Shown: in pieces, positions 1 to 11,864 of the stretch | How positions within the stretch are numbered: the stretch's first letter is position 1 | Layout of the letters: each line of letters starts with the position of its first letter | Translations under genes and position numbers: made by a program | Source of the DNA: Octopus bimaculoides | Lineage: Eukaryota | Direction: 5' to 3' | DNA: 64,000 nucleotides | NCBI RefSeq assembly: GCF_001194135.2 | Contig: NC_069004.1 | Span: forward strand, 15,656,442 to 15,720,441 | The notes under the pieces: generated by a model | The model's database searches: none | What the model was told of the DNA's origin: nothing | Seen by the model: the letters and a program-made list of their open reading frames with translations, nothing else

Positions 1-228
1 GTATCTGATGATATATCTGAACACCTAATCTCTCTCTCTGTTAGAAAGTTTTCTGAATATCTTTGCTTCCTTTTCTCATCAAAGATGTTCCTAGCTACGT
101 TCCATCATGTCAAAGCTAATCTGCACTTACATTTTTTTAAAGTAAAACATTCTCAAAATCACATCCAGTTGTTACTTGTTATGTTGAGCTTGTGTTATTG
201 ATGTAGCAGATATTCTCTTTTATCTTTT

Positions 229-435
229 ACTTGTTTCAGTCATTAGACTGTGGTCATGCTTGGGCAACCACCTGAAATTTTTCATTGGATGAATTCACCA
301 GTCTTTTTTTTTAAAAACCTGGTATTTGTTCTATCAATCTATTTTGCCAAGCTGCTAAGTTACAGGGACATAAACACACACCAATACTAGTTGTCAAGCG
401 GTGGTGGGAACCAATACAGACACAAAGACACACAC
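229..435 (-). mobile_element. SINE family B copy (degenerate)
   Basis: Reverse complement matches 55690-55895 (...cagcatggcc.cagtcaaatgactgaaacaagtaaaaga tail). Confidence 0.75.
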
Positions 436-501
436 TAAGGCTATTGTCAGCCTGAGGCTTTAGTAGAAGACACTTGCACAAGATGCAATTCAGTAGGACT
501 G

Positions 502-534
<33 letters not shown>

Positions 535-634
535 NNNNNNNNNNNNNNNNNNNNNNNNNNNNNNNNNNNNNNNNNNNNNNNNNNNNNNNNNNNNNNNNNN
601 NNNNNNNNNNNNNNNNNNNNNNNNNNNNNNNNNN

Positions 635-1830
635 GCCTTTGAGTCCATCTTCCAGTTGAAGGTGGCTGCCCTTGAGCAATTGCTAAAAAATATTGAAGCT
701 ATCGAACCCCATCTAGATTTTTTCATACTTAGGAATTATCTCTTGATCTCTAAGCTTCTATATTTACTCAGAATCAGCTCATCTTACTGATGCCTATCAT
801 GCCTCCAACACCTCAATAACCTAATCTTTGAGAGACTCGAATGCTTAGTCAATGTCAGACTCTCTCCGATGTCCTATGATCAGGCTTCATTGCCCAAGTG
901 ATTTTTGGTCTATAAGTGTTCATCCCTCTCTCTCCCCTGCTTCCTTTCCTCCACCCATGCCTGGTGAGTAACATCCACTCCTCTCCAACATGGACCAGTT
1001 CCAACAGGGAGTTGGATGAAGCTCTCCGACACTGGAGGGAATTGGGCTTGTCTGCTCCTGAGAAGGTGAAGGGTTGTCGGAGTCAGAGAGCTTGAAATAA
1101 TATAATTTCGAAGGCCACCTTTGACTCCCTCTTCATCCAGTCGAACCAGTTTTCAAGGTACCACTCACTGTCTGCTAGTGCCAAATACTCAGGTGACTGG
1201 ATTGATGCCACCCCTGTGGCTAATGTTGGTGGCCTACTCAGCTTGGACAAACTTCGTATCTCTATTGCCCTCAGAGTGAGAGCTGACATATGCATGGGTT
1301 TCATCTGTCGTGGCAGGCTCAACTCCACAGGCCTCCATGGCCTTTCTTGCCATTTGAACGCTGGTCGCTTTGCGCATCCTACAGAGTTGAACCTGATACT
1401 CAAAAGGAACTTGGCCTGGGCAAATACCCCCTCCATTTTGGAACCATCTGGATTGTCCCGATGTGATGGGAAGAGACCTGACAGCCTCACCCTGTGCCCC
1501 TGGTCACAAGGCCTATGCCTTGTCTGGGATGTCACAGTTAGTGACTCCTTTGCTTCTCACATCCTGGATGCTGTGATCAGAGCAAACAGAACTAAATCCT
1601 GAAATACTGCAATCTGTCCGTCAACTACATTTTCCATCCTGTGGCATTCGAGGCATTTGGTGGAGTCAAGATCACTAACTGCAAGATTCCTGTCTTCACT
1701 GGCAACTAGTTCTGCAGAGGTAACTGGTGAGGCTTGTGAAGGCGCTTGACTTTTTGAGTGTATCAGCCTCGCCATCACCCATGGTAACGCTGCAAGCATG
1801 CTGGCATGCCTCAATAGCCACTAGAGAGAT
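635..1830 (+). mobile_element. CRE-clade RLE non-LTR retrotransposon, 3' part (decayed)
   Basis: ORF 1216-1602 contains HGLSC...GR...LN..LKR.L...PSILEP.GLSR.DGKRPD.LTL.PW..G..LVWDVT, followed by KY..L..FHPVAFEAFG and AI.HGNAASML. This is the zinc-finger/RLE signature of CRE-type elements. Confidence 0.85.
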
Positions 1831-2039
1831 TTCCCAGCAGCCCCAACTTTTCAACCCAAACTGGTGAGTTGTTTGGGTTTTTTTCTTTTCTCTTTTATTT
1901 TTTAATTTTTACAATTGTGTTCTCTGTTTTGTCCAATTTTCTAATTTAATCTTGTAAAACGGTAAACACTGCAAAGGCAATAAAATTCTCAAATATGTAC
2001 CATGTCTACAAAAAAGAAGTATCTATACATATGTTGTAA

Positions 2040-3900
2040 GAATAAGAGAAAGAGCGATCTTTACAGATGAGTGCAAAATTGCATGGCACCAATGAAGATG
2101 GAAGACACGATATGTTTTTAAATTCGCAGGTAAATATACCTAACACGAACATAAACATCGACGTCCACTCGAGAGAAATAGGGGACCGTTATTCACAAGT
2201 TCAAACTGCGAGAAAGAATAGCCAAATCTCTCTATCTTTAAAAAAAATGAAGGGTGCATTGGAAGATATAGATCTGATTAGAGTGTAGAAAAAAATAAAC
2301 ATAATGGTCAAAACAGGAATATGTTTGACGAGAGTTCTACAAAATCGGAATGGACCTGGAGCTAAATAGCAACATTCCCAAGTCAAATCCCACAAAATGT
2401 TTTTTTAAAAATCTGCCACTGATAATTTTGGTCTAATTTGATTTTATATGTATGATATTGATGTCGATATGCACCAAGAAGTGTATGTATGTATGATAAT
2501 TGATCTTTACTCAGCTATTTATCGATATATATACACATACACACACATATACTACCTGAACTATATAAATATCTAATATAAACGTGTATATATAAGCTAA
2601 TTAATATATATGTATATTCATACAAATTAACACACACACAAACACATAATCTGTAATATATACAGATACACTTGATCTCATTAAGCCATTTCAACTTGCT
2701 GGAAGCCATAAATAAGGTTATCATAAAGCCACAGCAATTAGCTGTGATGGGGGAGGGTCCGATCCAGTCGAGGTTTTGGTACGATCACACACACTCACAC
2801 ACAGACAAGGATCTATCTCGTGTTCCGTAGTTAGTTGACGATTACCAACCAAACTCATGCACCAACACCCATCCAACACACATACACACGCACACATACA
2901 TAGACCAACACATGCGCGAACATATCAGCGATGCGCAGAATGGCAGCGATAGTTTGATATTTATCTGCAGAGATATCAGAGACATTCCAAAAAGTGGGAG
3001 TTTGAGAATTTGAGGGGAGATGATTCGGGATGCCAGCTCAAAATGTAAAGGATATGAATAGAGAAAGCATATATAAATGAGATAAGAGAAGGGTTGGCTG
3101 TATGGACAGAAAGTTGTAGCAACCGAAGGATTTTTCTTTACACAGTTAATAACAGGCATTTCTTCGGTATCTGTCGTGTTTACCAAACAAATTGCCTTGC
3201 ACATAATTGCTGTAAATAGTAGTTTTGACCAAATTCAATTTCCATTTAAAACCACTATGTATGCATATATCGGTGTGTGTGTGTAATATAGTTACACTTT
3301 TTTATTATTAATCTGTGGACAAAAAGAATAAAGAACCATGTCAACAACGAAAAAAATAGAAAAGAGGAAAAGGTTGGACATCTTTTAAAAACACGTATTC
3401 ACCAGATAGAGAGAGGGAGTGGCCGAGGTGAAATTCGAACCAGCACCACCTCCCATACGGTGCAAAGTAATTAATACACCCAAAACTGGTGTAAAGTGAA
3501 TGGTGTGGTTACCTTATAGTGTATTATAGTTATTATTTCCGATTCCTTTATAGCAATGCTCGAGCAGACAGTAGCGTCGGGTTGTATAGACTGCTATTTT
3601 CAATGGTAATATCAATAGTAGTGGGCAACAAATGGCTGTCAATAGATTTTCTTTTCCACATTGTCAACACGACCAGGATGCCATGTTAGCTTAACATAAG
3701 CAGATCTACTGACATCTGGCGGTAGACTAGCAAACATTTTAAATTCAAGGACAGCAACTCTGATTCCTTCGTTTTGGAGACGAAGAAAATCCATGCACCC
3801 CTTCCCCTAACCTATGTAATAGGTTGGGGAAGGGCTGCACTCGACCTCGGTAATAAAATCTCATGCAAGTTATACCTTACTATCTTTAAAAAATGATAAA
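2040..3900. promoter_or_regulatory. CpG-retaining, TE-poor island; candidate promoter / 5' exon region
   Basis: About 9 CpG in 2041-2220 and about 12 in 2750-2960 against a CpG-depleted background. Donor-like sites on both strands: + CAG|GTAAAT at 2129/30; - AAG|GTAACC at 3513/12. Confidence 0.4.
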
Positions 3901-4433
3901 AGAAAAATGAAGGAATATATGGGATTTATGGATAACGTAGTCCTTGATACACTAGGTCTGAAATGAAAGGTAATGATCACAGCTTGGTGCTCTCTCACGC
4001 ACGCACACTTCTTTTTTTATATCACTTATTCTCCTGTGCTAGATTTCTCCTTTGTCAAATTTTTCCTTTTTTTTTCTTTCCTATCATTTCACTTTATCTG
4101 TATGTATGTCATTCTTTCCCTCTTTTTGCCTGTCCTTTATCTTACCTTTGTTTTTTGTTTCCTATTCGTTTGTCTATTTTCTAAGCTCATTATTTACATC
4201 ATCTATCATTCTGTGTTTTGCTTTCTTTTTTCCTTCAGTCATTCAATCGTTTGATTTTCATCATTTTCTTTTTATTTTCCTTTCCACTTTTTTTCCTTCC
4301 GTCTTCAGAATATCTAATTTTCTGTTTCACACACAGTTATCGATTTTAACATGATTGTCTGAGATGATTCTTGGAACAATTATTTTTTTTAAAGGTATGC
4401 ACAAATGTGTTGTATCAAGAATCAATTTTCTTG

Positions 4434-5880
4434 ATGCTAGTATACAACTAGTTTCCTTAACTATCGAGGACTTTTCGAATAATTCTTGCTGTTCCTTATA
4501 GAACAGATTTCTGAATAAATGCAATTCTCATAGTTACTCCAATCTCATTAAGGAAACTACCAAATTTGTTGGTAATAGTAACTAGGGCGTCCATAATCAC
4601 TTGGGTTACTTTTGCAGAAACCCTCTACAGTTTTCGCATTTCTCTTGCTAAATCTTGGTATTTTCTAATTTTTTCCTGTTTTTTAACCACTGCATTCATA
4701 TCAGTAGACACAGTCATGTCTATGATGATGCACTTTTTGACACCTTGTCCAAGATAATATCTGGTCTCCTTGCTCGAGTCTTATGATCAGTCTGGGCAGA
4801 AAAGTCCTGTAAGACCTTAAACACACTCCAACTGGTGTTGGTACCATTTCCCGCTTACTTCAAAACCCCCTTTGACGTAATATATCACAGTCTAATACTT
4901 TAGAAAACAATCGTGTCTGTGTTTATATTCTTTGTGTGCCAAAGAACTACAAGTACTTATAATGCCAACAGGGCATAACTACAGGGTTTTACCCCCCCCC
5001 CCCCCCGACTTTGGGAGGCAGGGCATAACTACANNNNNNNNNNGGGCATAACTACAGGGTTCTACCCCCCAGACTTTGGGAGGTCATAACTTTCAGAAAA
5101 ATGAATATTTTTTAATGAAATTTTCTATGCATATAGTATTTACTATGTAGAATCCGAATATACAAAAATTTCCGGTGAAAGTGTTTTGGAATGGGGGTGG
5201 GGGACAATTTTCGGAAATTCCAACAGAGTCCACTTAAATTCTTCTTAACTTCCAGGAAAATTAATATTTTTTTGTGTAATTTTCTACAAATATACCTTGC
5301 TGTACCCTGTAGTTATGCCCACAACAGGCTCGTTCTTGTTACTCATTTTGCACTTAGCACTTAATAACATTCATTCATAATGACTGAGCTCTTTTGTTTC
5401 TTTCTCCTCTCCTCTTGACAGCTATATTCAGTTTTTCGGTGTTATTTCTCACATACTCCTGTATATCATATTCTGCCATCTCCATGCAGTCCTCTTCCTC
5501 CTTTCTTTCATGGTAGGTACAACTTGTTAACAGTTTCGATGATGTAATGCCATATACATGTTTGATGTCGTTTTTGTTTTACAGTCTATTCCTCTTAGTA
5601 CTTCAGGAAAACAGCAGAATATTGTTATAGAGACATCACCCTTGTGTTTACTGCAGAGATGGCTTTCCTTCCTTTCAGTTTTGAGCTAAGGACCTTCTTT
5701 ATTTTTCTCCTGAAATATTCATTTCTCACCTTCTTTATTTCCTAGCTGAGAATTCTGTCTACCTCCACCATAAGAACATACTTGTAACTGACACCTTCAT
5801 TCATTGCTTTGATTTTGACATGTCTAGGAGTTTGAACATCTGGGTCACTGCAAATGATTAGCCTCTTTCCCCTAAAATTT
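4434..5880 (-). mobile_element. R4/Dong/NeSL-like RLE LINE fragment, split by a MITE
   Basis: Minus-strand translation gives QTDH..RARRPDII.DK...IIDMTV..D...EK..KYQDL, IQKSVL.GTARIIRKVLD and KLYLP.KKGGRGL; stops and frameshifts present. Confidence 0.8.
4971..5320. mobile_element. MITE with 17-bp TIRs (gggcataactacagggt)
   Basis: TIR 4971-4987 is the exact reverse complement of 5304-5320; no ORF; TSD not cleanly resolved; left end repeated around a 10-N gap. Confidence 0.8.
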
Positions 5881-5912
5881 CAGGCCTCATGCCAATAGAA
5901 GAAATGATTATT

Positions 5913-7510
5913 ATCATCATCATCATCATTTAATTAACGTCCATTGTCCATGCTGGCATGGGTTGGATGGTTTGACCAGGCTGGAAGGCTGTACCCGACA
6001 CCAGTTTGATTTGGCATGATTTTCTATGGCTGGATGCCCTTCTTAATGCCAACCACTCTGAGAGTGCAATGGGCAGTTTTACATGCCACCGGCATGGGTG
6101 CCAATTTGTATGACACCAGTATCTGCCTGACTGTGATTTTGCTTAGCTTGATGGGTCTTGCCACGCATGACATAATGCCAAAGGTCTTGGTCATTGCCTC
6201 CATGAGGCCCAACACTCGAAAGGAAGTCAGCTACTTTGCCTCTATGAAGCCCAATGCTCAAAAGGGAGTCAGCCACTTTGCCTCTGTGAGGCCCAACGCT
6301 CGAAAGGAACTCAGCCCAGTGCACTTGGCTTGACTGGTTCTCTCAAGCATAGCACATTGCCAAAGGTCTTGGTCACTAGTCATTGCCTCTGTGTGGCTCA
6401 AAGTTTGAAGATTATGCTTCACCACCTCGTTCCATATCTTCCTGTGTCTGCCTCTACAACAGGTTCCCTCCACAGTTAGAAATCGGCACTTCTTTACACA
6501 GCTGTCCTTGTCCATACACGTCACATGACCATACCAGCACAGCCATCTCTCTTGCACACTACATCTCATTCCTCATATGCCTAACTTTTCTCTCAAGATG
6601 CTTACACACTGTCGAACATGCACACTGACATTGCACATCCAGCAAAGCATACTGGTTTCATTTCTTTCAAGCTTATGCATGTCCTCAGCTGTTACAGCCC
6701 ATGTTTCACTGCTATGCAGCATAGCTGTTTGCACACAGGCATCAAACAATCTGCCTTTCACTCTAAGAGAGAAGCCCTTTGTTGCCAGCAGGGATAAGAA
6801 CTTGCTGAAATTTGCCCATCCTAATTTTATTCTCACAGCTACGCTCTTGGAGCATCCACCTCTAGTACTAACTTGGTCACCTAGATAATGGAAGATATCT
6901 ACTACCTCTAACTTGTTCCCTTGGCAGTTGATGGAGTCTATTTTCTGCCCATTTTCAGCGTTTATTGTACCTGTGCATCTTCCGCATACAAAAGCTAGTT
7001 TCCCGGCTTACCTTCCTCTGATATTACTGCACCATTTATGTGTCCAAAATTTACACTGGGTGCATCTTATGGAGTTTCTACCTACACCTTTTTTATAGAT
7101 TGAGCAGGGCCATCTACCTGAAGGGATTTGTGACTTGTCTGCCTACCTACTTACCAAGACTTTGGTTTTTTGCTAGGTTAACTCTAAGGTCCTTTGATTC
7201 TAGACCTTGTTTCCATGTTTGGAACTTCTTCTGTAGTTCAGGTAGTGATTCAGCTATAAGAGCAAGCTCATCAGCATAGAGGAGCTCCCAGGGGCAGCCT
7301 GTCTTGAATTCCTCTGTTATTGCCGGAGAACTATGATGAACACCAATCCTTGGTGAACCCCTACTTGTACCCTGAATTCTTCGCTGTACTCATTGCCCAC
7401 CCTCACCTTACTGGTAGCATCCCTGTCATAGCTTGTACAGCTTTCACCAACCACTCATCTCCCTAGTTTCCACATTGACCACCAGATAAGGGATCGGGGG
7501 ACCCTCCACT
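5913..7510 (-). mobile_element. RTE-clade LINE, 5'-truncated copy with 3'UTR and (GAT)n tail
   Basis: RT C-terminal peptides (RIKLGWANFSKFLSLLATKGFSLRVKGRLFDACVQTAMLHSSETW; GTC.RGR.RK.W.EVV); (CAT)n at 5913-5929. Confidence 0.9.
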
Positions 7511-7650
7511 GAGATTGACTTTGTCTTTCATCCTTTTGAAGTCAATAAAATAAGTACCAGTCAAGTGCTGGGGTTGATGTAATCGACTTCCCCCTCCCCC
7601 AAAATTTTAGGCCTTGTGACTATAGCAGAAAAGATTATTATTATTATTGT
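7511..7650 (+). mobile_element. SINE family A 3' fragment with (ATT)n tail
   Basis: Matches the body of 39338-39568 (gactttg.ctttcatcc...aagtaccag...ctggggttgatgtaatcga). Confidence 0.75.
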
Positions 7651-7661
7651 TGTTGTTTATT

Positions 7662-10600
7662 GCCAAAACTAGACGTGTTTCACAAGCTTTGTTTGTACCT
7701 TGTTTTCTTTATTTAAAGTCTGTTTTTGTTAATTTCATTGTTCTAGCTTGTTTCTTATTTGACCAGAACCATAAGCAGCTAATCAACTGTTTTTGTTACT
7801 CGCCCTACGGGATGAAATTTTTGAAGGAAAGTTTTCCGAGACAAAAATATAATTTCAAAATGACATCATTGCCAAGCCAAGAAGAGAGGAAGGCGGGAGG
7901 AGGTTTCTCAGTTAGCTTCTCCCAGACAATTTTTCAGATGTAATTAAAAATAGCACCAGTAGTATGAAGAGCAACAACAATATCAACAGCAGCAAAAACA
8001 ACAACAGTAGTAACAGCAAGAATAATGACATGTCAAGCAAAGAAGTTTGAAAAATAACCAGCAGCAAATTATGCATTGCCAACTGCCACCTCCACCACCC
8101 AAATAAAATGTAATAATAACAATATTTCTAACACTACAAACAGCATTAAAAATTCATCCAAAAATATTTTGTCAAAATAACAAGTGTGTTTGATGTCATC
8201 CCATTAGATGACAAGCATGAACATTTAAAATAGGTGGAGAAATATATAAACCCACTGGAACAGGTAGAAGTTACACTTAATATACCACAACACCACTTAG
8301 GCCAAACAGAAAAGAAAACAATTATGGATAGATGCTTGTTGATGAAAAGACACAAGATTAAGCACATCCCTTCAAACCAAGCTTGAAAGAATATCTGGCT
8401 TGACATCAGTTTTGTGAGTCATGCGCACAAATTTAGGTCTATTAGAGTTATTTTCCACTTCGAAATTCTAACACAGATGCACTCCACTATCGCACAAATA
8501 AAAAGAAAAAAAAAGAAGAAGCCAGAAATGTTCACATTGATACCAATGTACTCAGGATAGATAGTGATCCAAGTAACATCACACACATACTACAAGAACT
8601 AGATTTCCAGTGGGTGGTTTTAGATGATCCTAGAACACTTCTAGGAATAAAGAGATTTCAAAAAGAAAATTGTATTCGAGTGGGGTTAGAAATTTTGATT
8701 CATGTCAAACCTGAGCCACTCAACAAAATCCAACCAAATAAGGCTTTCAGGAAGGTTGCAACTACAGGTAGTTGTAGAAGGCAGAAGATCACAATACTGC
8801 AACTTAAGAAATACAAACCAGCTCAAGGCTGCCTACCCCAGTATCAAAGACTGATAACTGAAAGGAAACCTCCACTGTTGCCAACACTACAACTGCAACA
8901 GCAGCAACCAGAACAACAAAATGCAATTGCATCATCAGTGATTGCACCCCTACAAGATTGGAAGCAGCAGTTGTTGTAACAACACCAAGAGTGGAAACAA
9001 CAGCAACAAAAAAGAACAAAACAAACACTATCAACATGAAACACCATGTCACCAACTGAAAGGCCCCAAACATCAAAACAAAACGAAAATTACCCCTAAG
9101 ACAAGATCCTTCCCACTCAGATATGTTATGTGGCAAAGGAGATGAGGAGGAGCCTAAATGGCAAAAAGTCACCAATGTAAGGAAAAGAAAAAAAACACAC
9201 CAACACAAAACCTAGCATAGGGGTTGATGCCTTTGAGCATCTATGTAACCACAATCCCCATCACTATTACAGACACCACCATTACAAACACAACCTCATT
9301 CATACACAGTACCTGGCAGATAACACACCCCCAACACAAACAAAAAAACATTAAACAAACAGTCATAAACACAAGCAATAAAGAATGAATGGACTACATA
9401 CATTAAGATACACTAACTACATCACATTAACTAAGAACATTCCATTATACATAAAAATCACCTAGATATCAAATACATACAACAGTACTCAAAAAGAGTA
9501 GGAAACCTCCGAGAGAATGTGGAGGGACAAAACAAACTGTTCCTTCACAGGAATAAGGTAAGAGAGCCTTTCTGACCCATTTCTTCCTTGTCAGCCATAT
9601 CTGTCCTCAGAATAGGCAGTGTAAATGCACATGATATGGAATCAGCTTGTAAGCGAGGCCACCTGCTCAATGACCTCAGGTCACTAGATATAGATGTGTG
9701 GCCAACAACAAAACCTGAGTTTCCAATCCACAAGTCTCAATCCACAAGCCTCAATCCCCATTTTTGGTGGATACAGGATTTACTTATCTCGAAATAGGCT
9801 AGGACTGGGAGGTTCAACTGTTGTGTTGTTCTGGAAGAGTCTGGATCTCACAATACAGACCATCTTTTTGGACCTAGATGGTGGTCCTGAACAGTAGTGA
9901 AGTGAGTGCTTTAAGGGTAGTAGCTGTTTAAACTGTAACAGGGGTGAGACAGCTGAATTTCTTCAGGAGTCTGAAGGTTTCCCTGGAAACATCTACTCTT
10001 TTGTGCTAGTGGGAAACCAGAATGCTATCTTAGATGCACATTTAGATTGTGTGGAGATAAGTGATAGGAGATGTGGTTAAGAACCTCACAAACATGCACA
10101 GATGGTTCCAACTGTTTGACAGATACTGATTGGATTTCCCAAAGGTGCCAATGTGTACATGGAAAAACTGCTCAGAGTCATCCAGATCCTATCTGGATAG
10201 AATATTCTGCAGGCTAGAAAAAATAGCAAAGGTTGTCCACTTTTTGAAATTGTCAGCTACATAGTTTATGAATTTGTGATTTGCATGGTTGAAGTAGAAA
10301 GGCTGAATAGGCAGTGACCCAGTGACTAGAAGCTGAAGACACCACTCCTGTTATGTCACATTTACAGAGACAGGATTAGTAGGTGTTGATGGGCAATTGT
10401 CAACAACAAATGGTGCTTTGGTCTGAAAAGGCCAATTAGAGTAGAGTCAGTTTGGTTTAGCTTGGCTGTAGTGACAGAAAAATGGAATAGAAGGTAGCCC
10501 AATTAGAAACTGAGAAGAAACACTTAAAGCATCAGAACTGAAGTGTTTGTGGCATGATTGACCCTCAACCAATTCTTCAATGCAAAGCATGAGGGATGCA

Positions 10601-11290
10601 TTGTCAAAGCTAAGGTGTATGCTCGACAACTTAAGAGGATGAAAGCCATTTGTTGGGTCCTAGTGGAAGAAGTACAGTGTAGCAACAAAGGTACAATTCA
10701 GTCTTCGGCAGACTATAATGGATGCATGTTTCTCAACTCCAAGCAGATCTGTAAGGCTATTCAGCAGCATTTCACTCAACTGTTTTGCAGTGTTGCAAAA
10801 GCCAATAACAGCCATAAAGATATGGGAAGTGGTGGTTGGCTGCAAGAGGATCAAATTACCTGGTTTGAATGATCTGCTCTACAAGCTCCACTTTTATATT
10901 CCACACTTGTTTGAAAATTTGGCATACATCAACTACAACTGGTAGCAAAACAGGAGAGCCCCCAATTCTGTGAGTTGAGTGATGGCACTGCTAAGAAAGG
11001 ATCCTAACAAAGGAAATCATTTTTATCCTATAACTCTGTTAAATGCAGATTCAAAGTATAAGCCAAGGAGTTTGCAAATCGATTGGTACTTGTTTCCAAT
11101 GGTTAGACTGTTTATGTGTAAATATGCACCATCACAAGAAGATATTTCCTTGACAATCTCCACCTCATACAATACACCATAGAGAGAGTGGTTAAAGAAC
11201 CTGACATAGATGACATGAAGCCCTGATCAATTTAGATCAACCAAAATCTTTCGATTGGGTACCCACCAATACTTGGCAGCTGTTCTCAAA
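7662..11290 (+). mobile_element. L1/Tx1-like LINE: 5'UTR, ORF1 remnant, APE and start of RT (decayed, 3'-truncated)
   Basis: ORF1 remnant VVVEGRR..C.. resembles VIVEGRP.KCHLC at 25.3 kb. APE motifs IGSVNAH and SRSYLDRI from 9588; RT motifs PITLLNADSK and ALINLDQ.K.FD near 11030-11260; many stops. Confidence 0.75.
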
Positions 11291-11546
11291 GAATTTCTGT
11301 AGAAATTATAGCCAGTACTGATTTTGTTAACACCATAGTACAGAGTATTGACTTATAAAAATATTTAATATACTTTGTAGCATATCATGGTTGCATAACG
11401 AAATACGGTGTGCCTACAAGTCATGAATATTTATGTACCAGCTTCCAGAAATGTGTTTAATATGTAAATTAGTATATCCAAATAACATTGCACTGTTATA
11501 TGTAGTGGTTATTTAAGCAATGAGTTCGTGGATGATCAATATGTTA

Positions 11547-11604
11547 GATAAGTGCTGATGAAGGGGGCAAAAACCCTTGAAATACAGCATATATTCCCTT
11601 TACC
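11547..11604 (+). ncRNA. Candidate type-I hammerhead ribozyme (Penelope-like pLTR type)
   Basis: CTGATGA (11555-61), 5-bp stem II (agggg/ccctt), GAAA (11579-82), 3-bp stem III (ata/tat), AUU cleavage triplet, and stem I with 4 of 5 bp paired. Confidence 0.5.
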
Positions 11605-11864
11605 TGTTTTTCATCTTCAATCTCATTGTTTGTTTATATCTGATGTCTCGGATACGAAATGTCATAAGAAAATCAGTGCTGGCTATAATTTCTATAGAAA
11701 ATCTGTAGAGATGACCTTAACACACAATTTAAATGCAGTGTTAACACAGTAGTACATGGTATTGATGTATGAAAATGTTTAATACACTTTGTAGTATATT
11801 ATGATTGCATAACGAAATACTGTGTGCCTACAAGTCATTAATATTTATTTTATTGGTGCCAAAA

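Noticed and set aside
2842-3204. 120-aa minus-strand ORF as a divergent protein gene
   Set aside because: No recognisable domain and it runs into (GT)n sequence; kept only as part of the possible promoter island.
4971-5075. Triplicated left TIR of the MITE
   Set aside because: It flanks a poly-C run and a 10-N gap, so it is most likely a contig-overlap artefact.
8614-9208. Gln/Asn-rich ORFs as a host gene
   Set aside because: They lie in the decayed ORF1 region of the L1/Tx1-like element; no splice support.
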